Shown here: piece by piece, positions 9,392-18,096 of the stretch
Layout: the number at the start of each line of letters is the position of its first letter
Numbering within the stretch: position 1 is the first letter of the stretch
NCBI GenBank assembly: GCA_016195685.1
Contig: JACPZE010000010.1
Span: forward strand, 16,751 to 80,750
Length of the DNA: 64,000 nucleotides
Direction: 5' to 3'
Origin: Candidatus Gottesmanbacteria bacterium
Lineage (GTDB): Bacteria > Patescibacteriota > Microgenomatia > 2-02-FULL-39-11
The notes under the pieces: model-generated
Database searches by the model: none
What the model saw: only the letters and a program-made list of their open reading frames with translations
What the model was told of the DNA's origin: nothing
Made by a program: the position numbers and the translations under genes

Positions 9392-10253
9392 ATTATTCGA
9401 CTATCACACGCAAGCGCTTGATCATGGATTCAACAAACCATTAAGAGTAGAAGAAACAGTGAAAGCTGCCATTGATAAGAAACTTTCAGCGATTTGTTTA
9501 ACTGATCATTTTCCGTTACCGAATGAATTCGGAGATCCGACAGATGAGAAAGATTGTACTATGAATCTTTCACGCTATCCGACCTATCTGGGAAAAGTTA
9601 AAAAAACAAAACAAAAATTTATGGACAAAATTGAAATTTTATTTGGAGCGGAATTTGATTGGTTACCAAATTACCAAGTATGGATAGAGCAGCAAATGAG
9701 GGCTTATATGTTCGATTATGTAATTGGATCAGTGCATTTCTTAGGAATTATCAAGGATAAAAATGAAAAAAGAAATTTCATTATCGATTATACAAAAGAA
9801 GAGTTTGAAAAAGGATTGTCTTTCCATAAAGATATACAGTTGCTTATTGAGAAATACTATTTAGAATTACAAAGTATGGCAAGATCGAAACTTTTCGATA
9901 GCGTAGGGCATTTTGATTTAATTAAAAAATATAATGATGGAAATCTATTTTCCCAGGCGGAACAATGGTATAAGGATTTGGTACTGAAAACATTAGATGT
10001 CATAGCTGATGCAAAGAGAGTTTTAGAAATAAATACTTCAGGGTGGGATAAAGTATGTAAAGAACAATATCCAAGTCTTTGGATTTTAAAAGAAGCACAA
10101 AAAAGAAATATAAAAATTACAATTGGATCTGACGCTCATATACCCGAGAATATCGGTAAAAATCTCGATAAAGCTATTCAAATAGCAAAACTAGCTGGAT
10201 ATGACTCATTAGTAAGATTTAAAAAACGTAAAATATTGGAGGTGAAAATATGA
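9381..10253 (+). CDS. hisK: Histidinol-phosphatase, PHP family
   Basis: PHP-domain His/Asp metal motifs (LTDHFPLP, GSVHF, GHFD, GSDAH). Sits inside the his operon and overlaps hisC by 11 nt. Confidence 0.75.
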   Translation: MKIKLFDYHTQALDHGFNKPLRVEETVKAAIDKKLSAICLTDHFPLPNEFGDPTDEKDCTMNLSRYPTYLGKVKKTKQKFMDKIEILFGAEFDWLPNYQVWIEQQMRAYMFDYVIGSVHFLGIIKDKNEKRNFIIDYTKEEFEKGLSFHKDIQLLIEKYYLELQSMARSKLFDSVGHFDLIKKYNDGNLFSQAEQWYKDLVLKTLDVIADAKRVLEINTSGWDKVCKEQYPSLWILKEAQKRNIKITIGSDAHIPENIGKNLDKAIQIAKLAGYDSLVRFKKRKILEVKI

Positions 10254-10840
10254 AAAAAAGAATTGCGGAAATAAACAGAAACACAAAAGAAACACAGATT
10301 GAGATGAAGCTTAATTTGGATGGGAGCGGAAATTACGAAATCAAAACACCCATTGGGTTTCTTAATCACATGCTTGAGCTTTTTGCCAAACACGGATTAT
10401 TTGATTTGGATATAAAAGCTGCTGGAGATATACAAGTTGATGAGCATCACCTGGTTGAAGACGTCGGTATAGTTTTAGGACAAGCATTTCTTCAAGCTCT
10501 TGGTGATAAGAAAGGGATTAACCGATATGGCTTTTTCATTCTGCCAATGGATGAAGTTTTAGCGACATCGGCAACAGACTTTTGCGGACGTTTTGCTTTC
10601 AGATTTGATTGTGAGTTGAATCGGAAAAAAGTAGGCGATTTGTCAACAGAGTTAGTTTGTGATTTCTGGGACGCTTTTGCCCAAAATGCAAAAATGAACT
10701 TACATATCAAAATTGAAAATGGCAGAAATACTCATCACAAAATTGAGGCGATATTCAAATCAGTGGCAAGAGCACTTCGTATGTCTTGTGCAATCGATGA
10801 ACGAGTAAAAACAATTCCTTCCACGAAAGGAGTTTTATGA
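10250..10840 (+). CDS. hisB: Imidazoleglycerol-phosphate dehydratase
   Basis: HMLELFAKHG and DEHHLVEDVGIVLG motifs. 4-nt overlap with hisK. Confidence 0.93.
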   Translation: MKKRIAEINRNTKETQIEMKLNLDGSGNYEIKTPIGFLNHMLELFAKHGLFDLDIKAAGDIQVDEHHLVEDVGIVLGQAFLQALGDKKGINRYGFFILPMDEVLATSATDFCGRFAFRFDCELNRKKVGDLSTELVCDFWDAFAQNAKMNLHIKIENGRNTHHKIEAIFKSVARALRMSCAIDERVKTIPSTKGVL

Positions 10841-11454
10841 TTGCGATTATCGATTATGGAATTGGCAATCTGGCCAGTATTACCAACGCGCTTAACAAAT
10901 TGAATATAAAATCAATAATTACTGATGATGTAGATGAAATGAAAAAAGCCAGTGGTTTAATATTGCCCGGTGTAGGAGCCGCTGGTGAAGGAATGAAGAA
11001 TATTAAAGAAAGGAAATTAGACAAAGTATTGATAGAGACGGTGAAGAGAGGTAAACCTTTTTTGGGGATTTGTCTGGGAATGCAACTTTTGTTTGAAAAA
11101 AGTGAGGAAGGGCAAGTGGAATGTCTGGGTGTATTGAAAGGTATGGTGAAAAAATTTAGGAAGGAGAGGAAAGTACCGCAGATCGGGTGGAACCAAATAA
11201 AATATCAAAAACAAAAGATGAATACCTTGCAATTATTTTCAGGGATTCCAAATGATAGCTATTTCTATTTCGTGAACAGCTATTATTGTATTCCTGAAGA
11301 TAGCTCCATAATTGCCGCAAAGACAATTTATGGTGAAGATTTTGCAAGTGTTGTAGTACAAAAAAATATAGTAGCAACACAATTTCATCCAGAGAAAAGT
11401 GGAAAGGCAGGATTTAATTTGTTGGGAAATTTCGCAAGGAATTTATTATGTTAG
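10837..11454 (+). CDS. hisH: Imidazole glycerol phosphate synthase, glutamine amidotransferase subunit
   Basis: [12 protein letters not shown] and GICLGMQLL (catalytic Cys). FHPEKS motif. Confidence 0.93.
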   Translation: MIAIIDYGIGNLASITNALNKLNIKSIITDDVDEMKKASGLILPGVGAAGEGMKNIKERKLDKVLIETVKRGKPFLGICLGMQLLFEKSEEGQVECLGVLKGMVKKFRKERKVPQIGWNQIKYQKQKMNTLQLFSGIPNDSYFYFVNSYYCIPEDSSIIAAKTIYGEDFASVVVQKNIVATQFHPEKSGKAGFNLLGNFARNLLC

Positions 11455-12206
11455 CCAAACGTATCATTCCATGTCTTGATATGACGGAAGGCAAAGTAGT
11501 TAAAGGAATTCAATTTGTCACTTTCCGCGATGCCGGAGATCCCGTGGAATTGGCTCAAAGGTATGATTTACAAGGGGCTGACGAGTTGGTTTTTTTGGAT
11601 ATTACTGCAACAGTTGAAAATAGAAACATATTAGTCGATGTAGTTAGAAAAACTGCGGAGAAAGTGACAATTCCTTTTTCAGTTGGTGGTGGTATAAGAA
11701 CTGTTTCGGATATGAAACTTATATTGCGGGCTGGTGCAGATAAAGTTTCTGTAAATACCGGAGCATTTAAAAATCCTCAACTTATTACAGATTGTGCAAA
11801 TGCATTCGGTAGTCAATGCGTAGTACTCTCACTTGACGCAAGAAAAGTAAAAGAAGGAAGATGGAATGTATTTATCAATGGGGGGAGAACTGATACAGGA
11901 ATTTCAGCAATTGAATGGTCTAAAACCGCTGTATCATTGGGTGCTGGGGAAATATTGTTAACAAGTATAGACACCGATGGTACAAAGGATGGATTTAATA
12001 TAGAACTAACAAAAAAAGTTTCTGAAAAACTTTCCGTACCAATTATTGCTTCTGGAGGGGCAGGGAAACTAGATGATTTTGTAAAAGTTTTAAAAGAAGG
12101 GAAAGCTGATGCAGCACTGGCAGCATCAGTATTTCATTTTGGGGAATACACGATTTCTGAAGTGAAAAATTATTTAAAAAAGAAAAATATTCCGATAAGG
12201 AATTAA
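11448..12206 (+). CDS. hisF: Imidazole glycerol phosphate synthase, cyclase subunit
   Basis: [11 protein letters not shown] is identical to the E. coli HisF N-terminus. Also ASGGAG and ALAASVFHF. Overlaps hisH by 7 nt. Confidence 0.95.
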   Translation: MLAKRIIPCLDMTEGKVVKGIQFVTFRDAGDPVELAQRYDLQGADELVFLDITATVENRNILVDVVRKTAEKVTIPFSVGGGIRTVSDMKLILRAGADKVSVNTGAFKNPQLITDCANAFGSQCVVLSLDARKVKEGRWNVFINGGRTDTGISAIEWSKTAVSLGAGEILLTSIDTDGTKDGFNIELTKKVSEKLSVPIIASGGAGKLDDFVKVLKEGKADAALAASVFHFGEYTISEVKNYLKKKNIPIRN

Positions 12207-12212
12207 ATAATT

Positions 12213-12503
12213 ATGAAAAAATTAAACCCTGCTATTATTCAAGAAAATAAAACCGGAGAAGTTTTAATGCTTGGGTATATGGATAGAAAAGCACTCATTA
12301 TGACCAAAAAAGAAGGAGTGGTCTATTTTTGGAGTCGATCAAGAAATAAACTGTGGAAAAAAGGAGAAACCACCGGTAACTTATTAAAAGTAATAAAAAT
12401 ATATACAGATTGCGATAGTGATGCATTTTTAATAAAAGTTAGATTGATCGGAAACGCAGTTTGTCATACTGGCAATAGAAATTGTTTCTATAAAATTATA
12501 TGA
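12213..12503 (+). CDS. hisI: Phosphoribosyl-AMP cyclohydrolase
   Basis: 96 aa. FWSRSRNKLWKKGETTGN and CHTG Cys/His zinc-site motifs. Confidence 0.85.
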   Translation: MKKLNPAIIQENKTGEVLMLGYMDRKALIMTKKEGVVYFWSRSRNKLWKKGETTGNLLKVIKIYTDCDSDAFLIKVRLIGNAVCHTGNRNCFYKII

Positions 12504-12775
12504 AATTAGAAGAATTATATTCGATTATAAAAGATCGGCAAAAGAAAAAACCAAAAGGGTCATATATTGTTTCCCTGTTTAAAGAGGGAAATGATCTTGT
12601 AATTCAAAAAGTCGGAGAAGAAGCAGTAGAGGTGATTATTGCCAGTAAAGGGAAAAATAAAAGTCGGATTGTTGAAGAGATCGCAGATCTATATTTTATG
12701 ACGCTGATCCTTATGGTTTCAAAAGATGTTACCTTGGATATGATTTTAGGTGAATTGGACAAAAGGCGTAAATGA
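12500..12775 (+). CDS. hisE: Phosphoribosyl-ATP pyrophosphatase
   Basis: 91 aa. LEELYSII..., EEAVEVIIASK and EEIADLYFMTLILMV (MazG-like). 4-nt overlap with hisI. Confidence 0.85.
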   Translation: MKLEELYSIIKDRQKKKPKGSYIVSLFKEGNDLVIQKVGEEAVEVIIASKGKNKSRIVEEIADLYFMTLILMVSKDVTLDMILGELDKRRK

Positions 12776-12776
12776 T

Positions 12777-13208
12777 TTACTGGTAAGTTTTTATCCGGTA
12801 AGATTTATTAGAGGTTCTTCCGTTTGTGTATTTTGCCGTCAAAACAAGTCGGGCATTACTTAAGTTGTAATGGTATCTGCATGCACCTCGTGAACAAGTG
12901 CCAAAAAGGAGTTCTCTTGTATCAGTCGGATTATTGTTTGCCGTAACAGTTCCTCCAACTCCTTGGGTAATCCCGTTAGTATTATATGTAAAAGAATACG
13001 ATACGCTTTCCAATCCATTGAAATTACTAAAGGAGAGGTTGATTCCTAAATGGTTTGGTTGATAGTGGACGATTGCAGGAATCCCGGCCGATGATGTATA
13101 TCTTACAGCAGTTTTTTTAGGGCTAAATTTTTTTGCTGCAAATACACTGGGTGTAACAAATTCGAAAAAGTATAACAGCATGATGAAATATCCAATGAAT
13201 TTTTGCAT
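12777..13208 (-). CDS. Secreted hypothetical protein
   Basis: Signal-peptide-like N-terminus. Asn/Thr/Gly-rich. CSRGAC Cys pair. Confidence 0.45.
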   Translation of the reverse strand: MQKFIGYFIMLLYFFEFVTPSVFAAKKFSPKKTAVRYTSSAGIPAIVHYQPNHLGINLSFSNFNGLESVSYSFTYNTNGITQGVGGTVTANNNPTDTRELLFGTCSRGACRYHYNLSNARLVLTAKYTNGRTSNKSYRIKTYQ

Positions 13209-13270
13209 ATATTCATTTTACCTTTTACGGTCTGAATTATCAAATTAGAAAGGGAAATGATATACTTATT

Positions 13271-13906
13271 TTGATGAACAAGAAACTAGTTTTCATATTA
13301 TGTGCTGTATCACTTTTTTTAGTGACAGCGATTTTAGTAGGATATTTGAAATTCAAATCAGCAGTATTTACCTCGCCTGTTTCCACAAATCAACCTACGC
13401 CTACTATCGTGGTCGAAGAAATGTCTATCTGGATAGATCCGGCAGAGTTCAGTTTCCAGTATCCCAAAAGCCTGGTACTTAATCCGCATAATGAAGATCA
13501 AGAAAATTATGCACATGTAGAATTGACTTCTCCTACCCACGCAGGTAATATTATTGTTTGGGTCAAAGATACGACTGCTGACACAATTGAGAATTGGGTA
13601 GGAATGGGAAAAATTAAAAATGCTATAGATAGTGATTTATCAGGTGTGCCATCGAAAAAAGTCTTATCAACAGGAGATAACAGCAAACTTACGATTTCTG
13701 CTATACAAAGTGGTTATCTTTACCAAATTGAGGCTAATCTTGACGATCGTGATTTTTGGAATAAAGCGCTTGATTCTGTGGTCTCATCTTTTAAATTTGT
13801 CTCGTCACCATCAGGATCCATGAAACAAAAATCTACAGATACTTCATCTGATACAGGTTCTGTCGACAGCGGAGGCAGTACAGGAGATGAAGAAATCATA
13901 GAATAA
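13271..13906 (+). CDS. Membrane-anchored hypothetical protein
   Basis: N-terminal TM. Ser/Asp-rich acidic C-terminus. Confidence 0.45.
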   Translation: MMNKKLVFILCAVSLFLVTAILVGYLKFKSAVFTSPVSTNQPTPTIVVEEMSIWIDPAEFSFQYPKSLVLNPHNEDQENYAHVELTSPTHAGNIIVWVKDTTADTIENWVGMGKIKNAIDSDLSGVPSKKVLSTGDNSKLTISAIQSGYLYQIEANLDDRDFWNKALDSVVSSFKFVSSPSGSMKQKSTDTSSDTGSVDSGGSTGDEEIIE

Positions 13907-13917
13907 GTTCCACTAAT

Positions 13918-15189
13918 ATGCCTCAATATTTTTTTATCCTAGGCAGAAATCCTAGTCTCTCTATAGCCGAAATTTTGTCAGTTTTAAATTCTCTCTCGAT
14001 TTCTTTTGAAATTAAAATAATTTCCCAAGAAGTTTTAATAATTGAAACTGAAAATACTATCGATGCGAATCAGTTGGTAAAAACATTTGGAGGGACAATT
14101 AAAATTGGTCAAGTGATTCAAAGTGTCGGTCTTGATGAAGATGAGTCTAATTTTCAAAAGGTGTTTGAAGCCGATAATCTTACTAAGAACTATTTTTTAA
14201 AACTGGATGGGAAAATACATTTCGGAATCAGTATTTACGACGGAGGTACAGATAGAATTTATTTAAACAAAATTACCAGCAAATTGAAAATACTAAGCAT
14301 CGCTATAAAAGAAAACCTGGCAGATGCAGGATTAAGAGCGGGATTTGTAAGATTAAAAGAAAGGTTTCTGTCCAGCGTTTCCGTATGGAAAAACAAACTT
14401 TTGACTGATGGGGCAGAAATAGTTTTGATTCTGACAAGAGATCAAATTTTTGCCGGGAAAACTTTAGCAGTACAGGAATTTGAAAGTTTCAGTTTTCGCG
14501 ATTACGGTAGACCTGAAAGGGATACACGATCTGGTATCATTCCTCCGAAACTTGCCAGAATGATGATTAATCTAGCATCAATTTCTAAAGAAGAATTATT
14601 AGTTGACCCTTTTTGCGGCAGTGGAACCATACTTCAAGAGGCAATAATATTGGGATATAGAAATATTCTAGGTAGTGATATAAGTCACAATGCAATTTCC
14701 GATACCAGGAAAAATATAGATTGGTTATTTGATCATTTCTACAACATCGATCGATCGATTTACAATATAAATATTTATCAGTCAGATATCAGATCAATAC
14801 CTGAACGGATAAAATCGGAATCTATCGATACGATAGTTACAGAACCATATCTTGGACCGCCTCTTTTTAAAAGTCCAAGTTTAGATACGATAAATAGAAT
14901 TTTTGATGAAGTTGGGAAATTATATCTTGATGCATTCAGTCAAATTCATAAAATATTAAAAAAAACCGGAAAAGTGGTTTTTATTTTTCCGGCTTTTGAA
15001 ATAAAAGGTAAGATGCAATACATACCGATATTAGATAAAATAAAAAGTATGGGATTTTCGCAAAAAAATTATTTTCCGATTGTTTTTAAAGATAATCCAA
15101 TAATCATGCTTACATCCAGAAATACCATTATTTACGGCGGAAAAGAGCAATTTGTAAAAAGAGAAATTATTTCTTGGCAGAAAGGATAA
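13918..15189 (+). CDS. Putative RNA methyltransferase (UPF0020 / Trm11-RlmL-like)
   Basis: SAM motif I DPFCGSGT. Downstream (E/D)PY..PP motif. N-terminal THUMP-like region. Confidence 0.55.
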   Translation: MPQYFFILGRNPSLSIAEILSVLNSLSISFEIKIISQEVLIIETENTIDANQLVKTFGGTIKIGQVIQSVGLDEDESNFQKVFEADNLTKNYFLKLDGKIHFGISIYDGGTDRIYLNKITSKLKILSIAIKENLADAGLRAGFVRLKERFLSSVSVWKNKLLTDGAEIVLILTRDQIFAGKTLAVQEFESFSFRDYGRPERDTRSGIIPPKLARMMINLASISKEELLVDPFCGSGTILQEAIILGYRNILGSDISHNAISDTRKNIDWLFDHFYNIDRSIYNINIYQSDIRSIPERIKSESIDTIVTEPYLGPPLFKSPSLDTINRIFDEVGKLYLDAFSQIHKILKKTGKVVFIFPAFEIKGKMQYIPILDKIKSMGFSQKNYFPIVFKDNPIIMLTSRNTIIYGGKEQFVKREIISWQKG

Positions 15190-15317
15190 ATATATGAACA
15201 ATCTCGGTTCCTCTTTAAAATTGATAGTTATTTTGACAGTTGGAGTAGCCATAGTCCTTTTTTATTTTATTTATCTAATCTTCTTTACACCCAACGGAGT
15301 ATTAAGATTATTCTGAA

Positions 15318-15791
15318 ATGATTTCCACGCTTCTTTTTGATTTCGCAAGAGTTTTGATTTATCCGAAAGATAAATCATGTAAAGGTAAATTGAATGATCT
15401 TTACAGAAATCTTATGCGGGGAAAAACGTTTCAATTTTTTGAGCATTTTGAATTCAATGAGGAATTATTGTTGTATCTTCATACAATCAAAAATCAATAT
15501 GGCCTCTATATGTTTACATCCGGCATAATTCAAAACGTTACAGGAGTAAGAGGAAAACTTGATAAAGTGTTTAAGAAAATTTATTCTGCAGAAGAATTAA
15601 ATCTTAATAAAAAAGACCCGCAATCTTACTTATTTATCGCAAAGGACCTAAATAAAAATCCCGGTGAAATATTATTTACTGATGATCAATTGGAATTTAT
15701 AAACGCTGCTGAAAATGCCAAACTTGTAACCATACATTTTCAATCTAATAAACAATTTATAAATGAATTGTCTAAAATTATGGTAATATAG
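15318..15791 (+). CDS. HAD-like hydrolase family protein (weak)
   Basis: N-terminal LLFDFARVL resembles HAD motif I, but degenerate. Confidence 0.35.
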   Translation: MISTLLFDFARVLIYPKDKSCKGKLNDLYRNLMRGKTFQFFEHFEFNEELLLYLHTIKNQYGLYMFTSGIIQNVTGVRGKLDKVFKKIYSAEELNLNKKDPQSYLFIAKDLNKNPGEILFTDDQLEFINAAENAKLVTIHFQSNKQFINELSKIMVI

Positions 15792-15799
15792 GATCAACC

Positions 15800-16234
15800 A
15801 TGATCAAAAACGAAATACAACAAGCAATCAATAATGCATTAAAAGCTGGAAAAAAAATGGAGTTGAAAGCGCTAAGGTTTGTTATATCTCAGATAAAGTA
15901 TGGGGAAATTGACAAACAAAAGGAGTTAATTGATGAAGAAGTAGTTTCTTTGATGCAGAAAGAAATAAAAAAGAGAAAAGAGGCAATAGAAATGTTTAAG
16001 AAGGGAAACCGTAACGATTTAGTTACCGATGAAGAAGCACAAATAATGGTAATTCAAAGATTTCTTCCACAACAATTAACTTCTGAAGAATTAGAAAAAA
16101 TAGTAGCTGATACTATCTCCGAAACCGCTGACAAAAATATGGGAAAGATAATCGGATCGGTAATGGCAAAGGTAAAAGGAAAAGCAGATGGATCCGCTGT
16201 TTCATCTTTAGTCAGACAAAAACTTAGATTATAA
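15800..16234 (+). CDS. GatB/YqeY domain protein
   Basis: YqeY-like helical domain MIKNEIQQAINNALKAGKKMELKALRFV. Confidence 0.8.
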   Translation: MIKNEIQQAINNALKAGKKMELKALRFVISQIKYGEIDKQKELIDEEVVSLMQKEIKKRKEAIEMFKKGNRNDLVTDEEAQIMVIQRFLPQQLTSEELEKIVADTISETADKNMGKIIGSVMAKVKGKADGSAVSSLVRQKLRL

Positions 16235-16320
16235 TTTACGGGGTCCTGCCGCTTGAGTATCCCAAACTACGATACATCTCCGTTTGGGACCCCTCTCTCG
16301 CGTCACCCGTTTATAAAATT

Positions 16321-16722
16321 ATGGTATTTACTGTTTCAACAAAAGGTTATACAGATATTATTGATATTACAGATAAAGTTTCTAGGGTAGTAGAGAAAGA
16401 AAAAATAAAAGAGGGTATTGCGAATATTTTTGTGAAAGGTTCAACTACAGCGATTACTACTATTGAAGCTGATACAAATTTATACGATGATTTACGTGAA
16501 TCACTAGATAAAATCTTGCCGATGAATAAGGATTGGAAACATCATTGGACCTGGGGAGACGATAATGGAGGATCTCATCTCCGTGCTTCAATTTTGGGTC
16601 CATCATTAACTGTGCCGATTATAAATGGTCAATTAGTTTTGGGTACATGGCAGAAAATAGTCCTTATAGATTTTGATACTTCCAGCAGAGAAAGAGAAAT
16701 TATAATTACTTGTTTGCAATAA
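16321..16722 (+). CDS. YjbQ/UPF0047 family protein
   Basis: HWTWGDDNGGSHLRASILG...LGTWQKIVLIDFD matches the YjbQ signature. Confidence 0.8.
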   Translation: MVFTVSTKGYTDIIDITDKVSRVVEKEKIKEGIANIFVKGSTTAITTIEADTNLYDDLRESLDKILPMNKDWKHHWTWGDDNGGSHLRASILGPSLTVPIINGQLVLGTWQKIVLIDFDTSSREREIIITCLQ

Positions 16723-16734
16723 CAAGATTCCTTC

Positions 16735-16763
16735 TTGCCAAGAATATAGTATTGATGTATATT
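16735..16763 (+). promoter_or_regulatory. Sigma70-like promoter (TTGCCA-N17-TATATT)
   Basis: Hexamers with 17-bp spacing, 13 bp upstream of the 16776 start. Confidence 0.4.
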
Positions 16764-16775
16764 TAATCATCTTAT

Positions 16776-17417
16776 ATGCCAAGAAAAATAAGCAAATCAT
16801 CTGTGAAAACAAAAAACACTCCTGTTGTATCGAGCGAAATTGCCAAAAAAATTTCTTATAAAAATATAATTCTTATAGTTTTATTTCTTCTAGTTGTACT
16901 TCTTTGGAAATTCAAATCCAGTTTTATCGTCGCAATGGTGAATGGTCAACCTATATCTCGTTGGCAGTTAAATGACCGGTTGGTTAAAAAATTTGGAGAT
17001 CAAACGCTTGACTCTATTGTGAATGAAAGGCTTATTTTAGCCGCAGCAAGGCAAAAAGGAATTTTTGTAAAAACAGAAGAAATAGATGCCAGAAGTAAAC
17101 AGATTGAATCAAGGTTAAGCGGAAAAATATCTCTTGATGACGCATTGAAAGCACAAGGACTTACCCAAGATGATTTTAAAAAACAGCTCGAGATACAGTT
17201 ATCTATCGAAAAGATGTTTGAAAAAGAAGCAACTTTATCTTCAAATGAAATAGATGATTATATAAGCAAAAACAGTCAAGCATACAAAGATGCTACAGAT
17301 CCAGCGCAAGTAAAAGAAGAGGCAAAGAGTATTCTCACCCAACAAAAAATTAATGATTTATTTGAAAAGTGGTTTAACGATATACGTAAGAACGCCAAAG
17401 TCACAAAGTTTTTATAA
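16776..17417 (+). CDS. SurA N-terminal domain protein (PrsA/PpiD-like chaperone, no PPIase domain)
   Basis: N-terminal TM followed by a SurA_N-like helical domain. Confidence 0.55.
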   Translation: MPRKISKSSVKTKNTPVVSSEIAKKISYKNIILIVLFLLVVLLWKFKSSFIVAMVNGQPISRWQLNDRLVKKFGDQTLDSIVNERLILAAARQKGIFVKTEEIDARSKQIESRLSGKISLDDALKAQGLTQDDFKKQLEIQLSIEKMFEKEATLSSNEIDDYISKNSQAYKDATDPAQVKEEAKSILTQQKINDLFEKWFNDIRKNAKVTKFL

Positions 17418-17420
17418 ATT

Positions 17421-18089
17421 ATGAGTGATGAGGTAAAACCCCATTATAAAGACTTTTTCCTTTATATATTAATTATAATTATTGCTGTTGTTGCAGTGAT
17501 TTTTCTTTTTTCCAAAAATTACTCAACTACACAAAACAGTACTATCTCCGAATCATCCGGCTCAATAAATATGAAACATTATGATTCTTCTCCCAAAATG
17601 ACGCTTGATCAAAGTAAAAAATATTTTGCATTGATCGATACTAACAAAGGGCAAATGAAAATAAATCTTTTTTCAAAAGAAACGCCAGTAACTGTAAATA
17701 ATTTTGTATTTCTATCAAAAGAAGGATTTTATAACGGAACTAATTTTCACCGTATCGTAAGCGGTTTCATGATTCAGGGTGGAGATCCAAAAGGTGATGG
17801 TACTGGTGGACCCGGATATAATTTTCCTGATGAAAAAATAACTCGTGATTATAAAAGAGGCATAGTTGCTATGGCAAACAGCGGCCCAAATACTAACGGG
17901 AGCCAATTTTTCATTATGCATCAGGATTATAATCTTCCAAAACAATATGTCATCTTCGGGCAAATAACAGATGGATTAAATACTTTAGATAAAATCGCTG
18001 GTACGCCAACCGTTGATAACGGCCAGGGAGAAAAATCCAAGCCGACAGAAAAAGTAACGATAGATAAGCTTACAATTTCAGAGGAATAA
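17421..18089 (+). CDS. Peptidyl-prolyl cis-trans isomerase, cyclophilin type, membrane-anchored
   Basis: FHRIVSGFMIQGGDP and NGSQFFI cyclophilin motifs. Confidence 0.9.
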   Translation: MSDEVKPHYKDFFLYILIIIIAVVAVIFLFSKNYSTTQNSTISESSGSINMKHYDSSPKMTLDQSKKYFALIDTNKGQMKINLFSKETPVTVNNFVFLSKEGFYNGTNFHRIVSGFMIQGGDPKGDGTGGPGYNFPDEKITRDYKRGIVAMANSGPNTNGSQFFIMHQDYNLPKQYVIFGQITDGLNTLDKIAGTPTVDNGQGEKSKPTEKVTIDKLTISEE

Positions 18090-18096
18090 AATTTGA

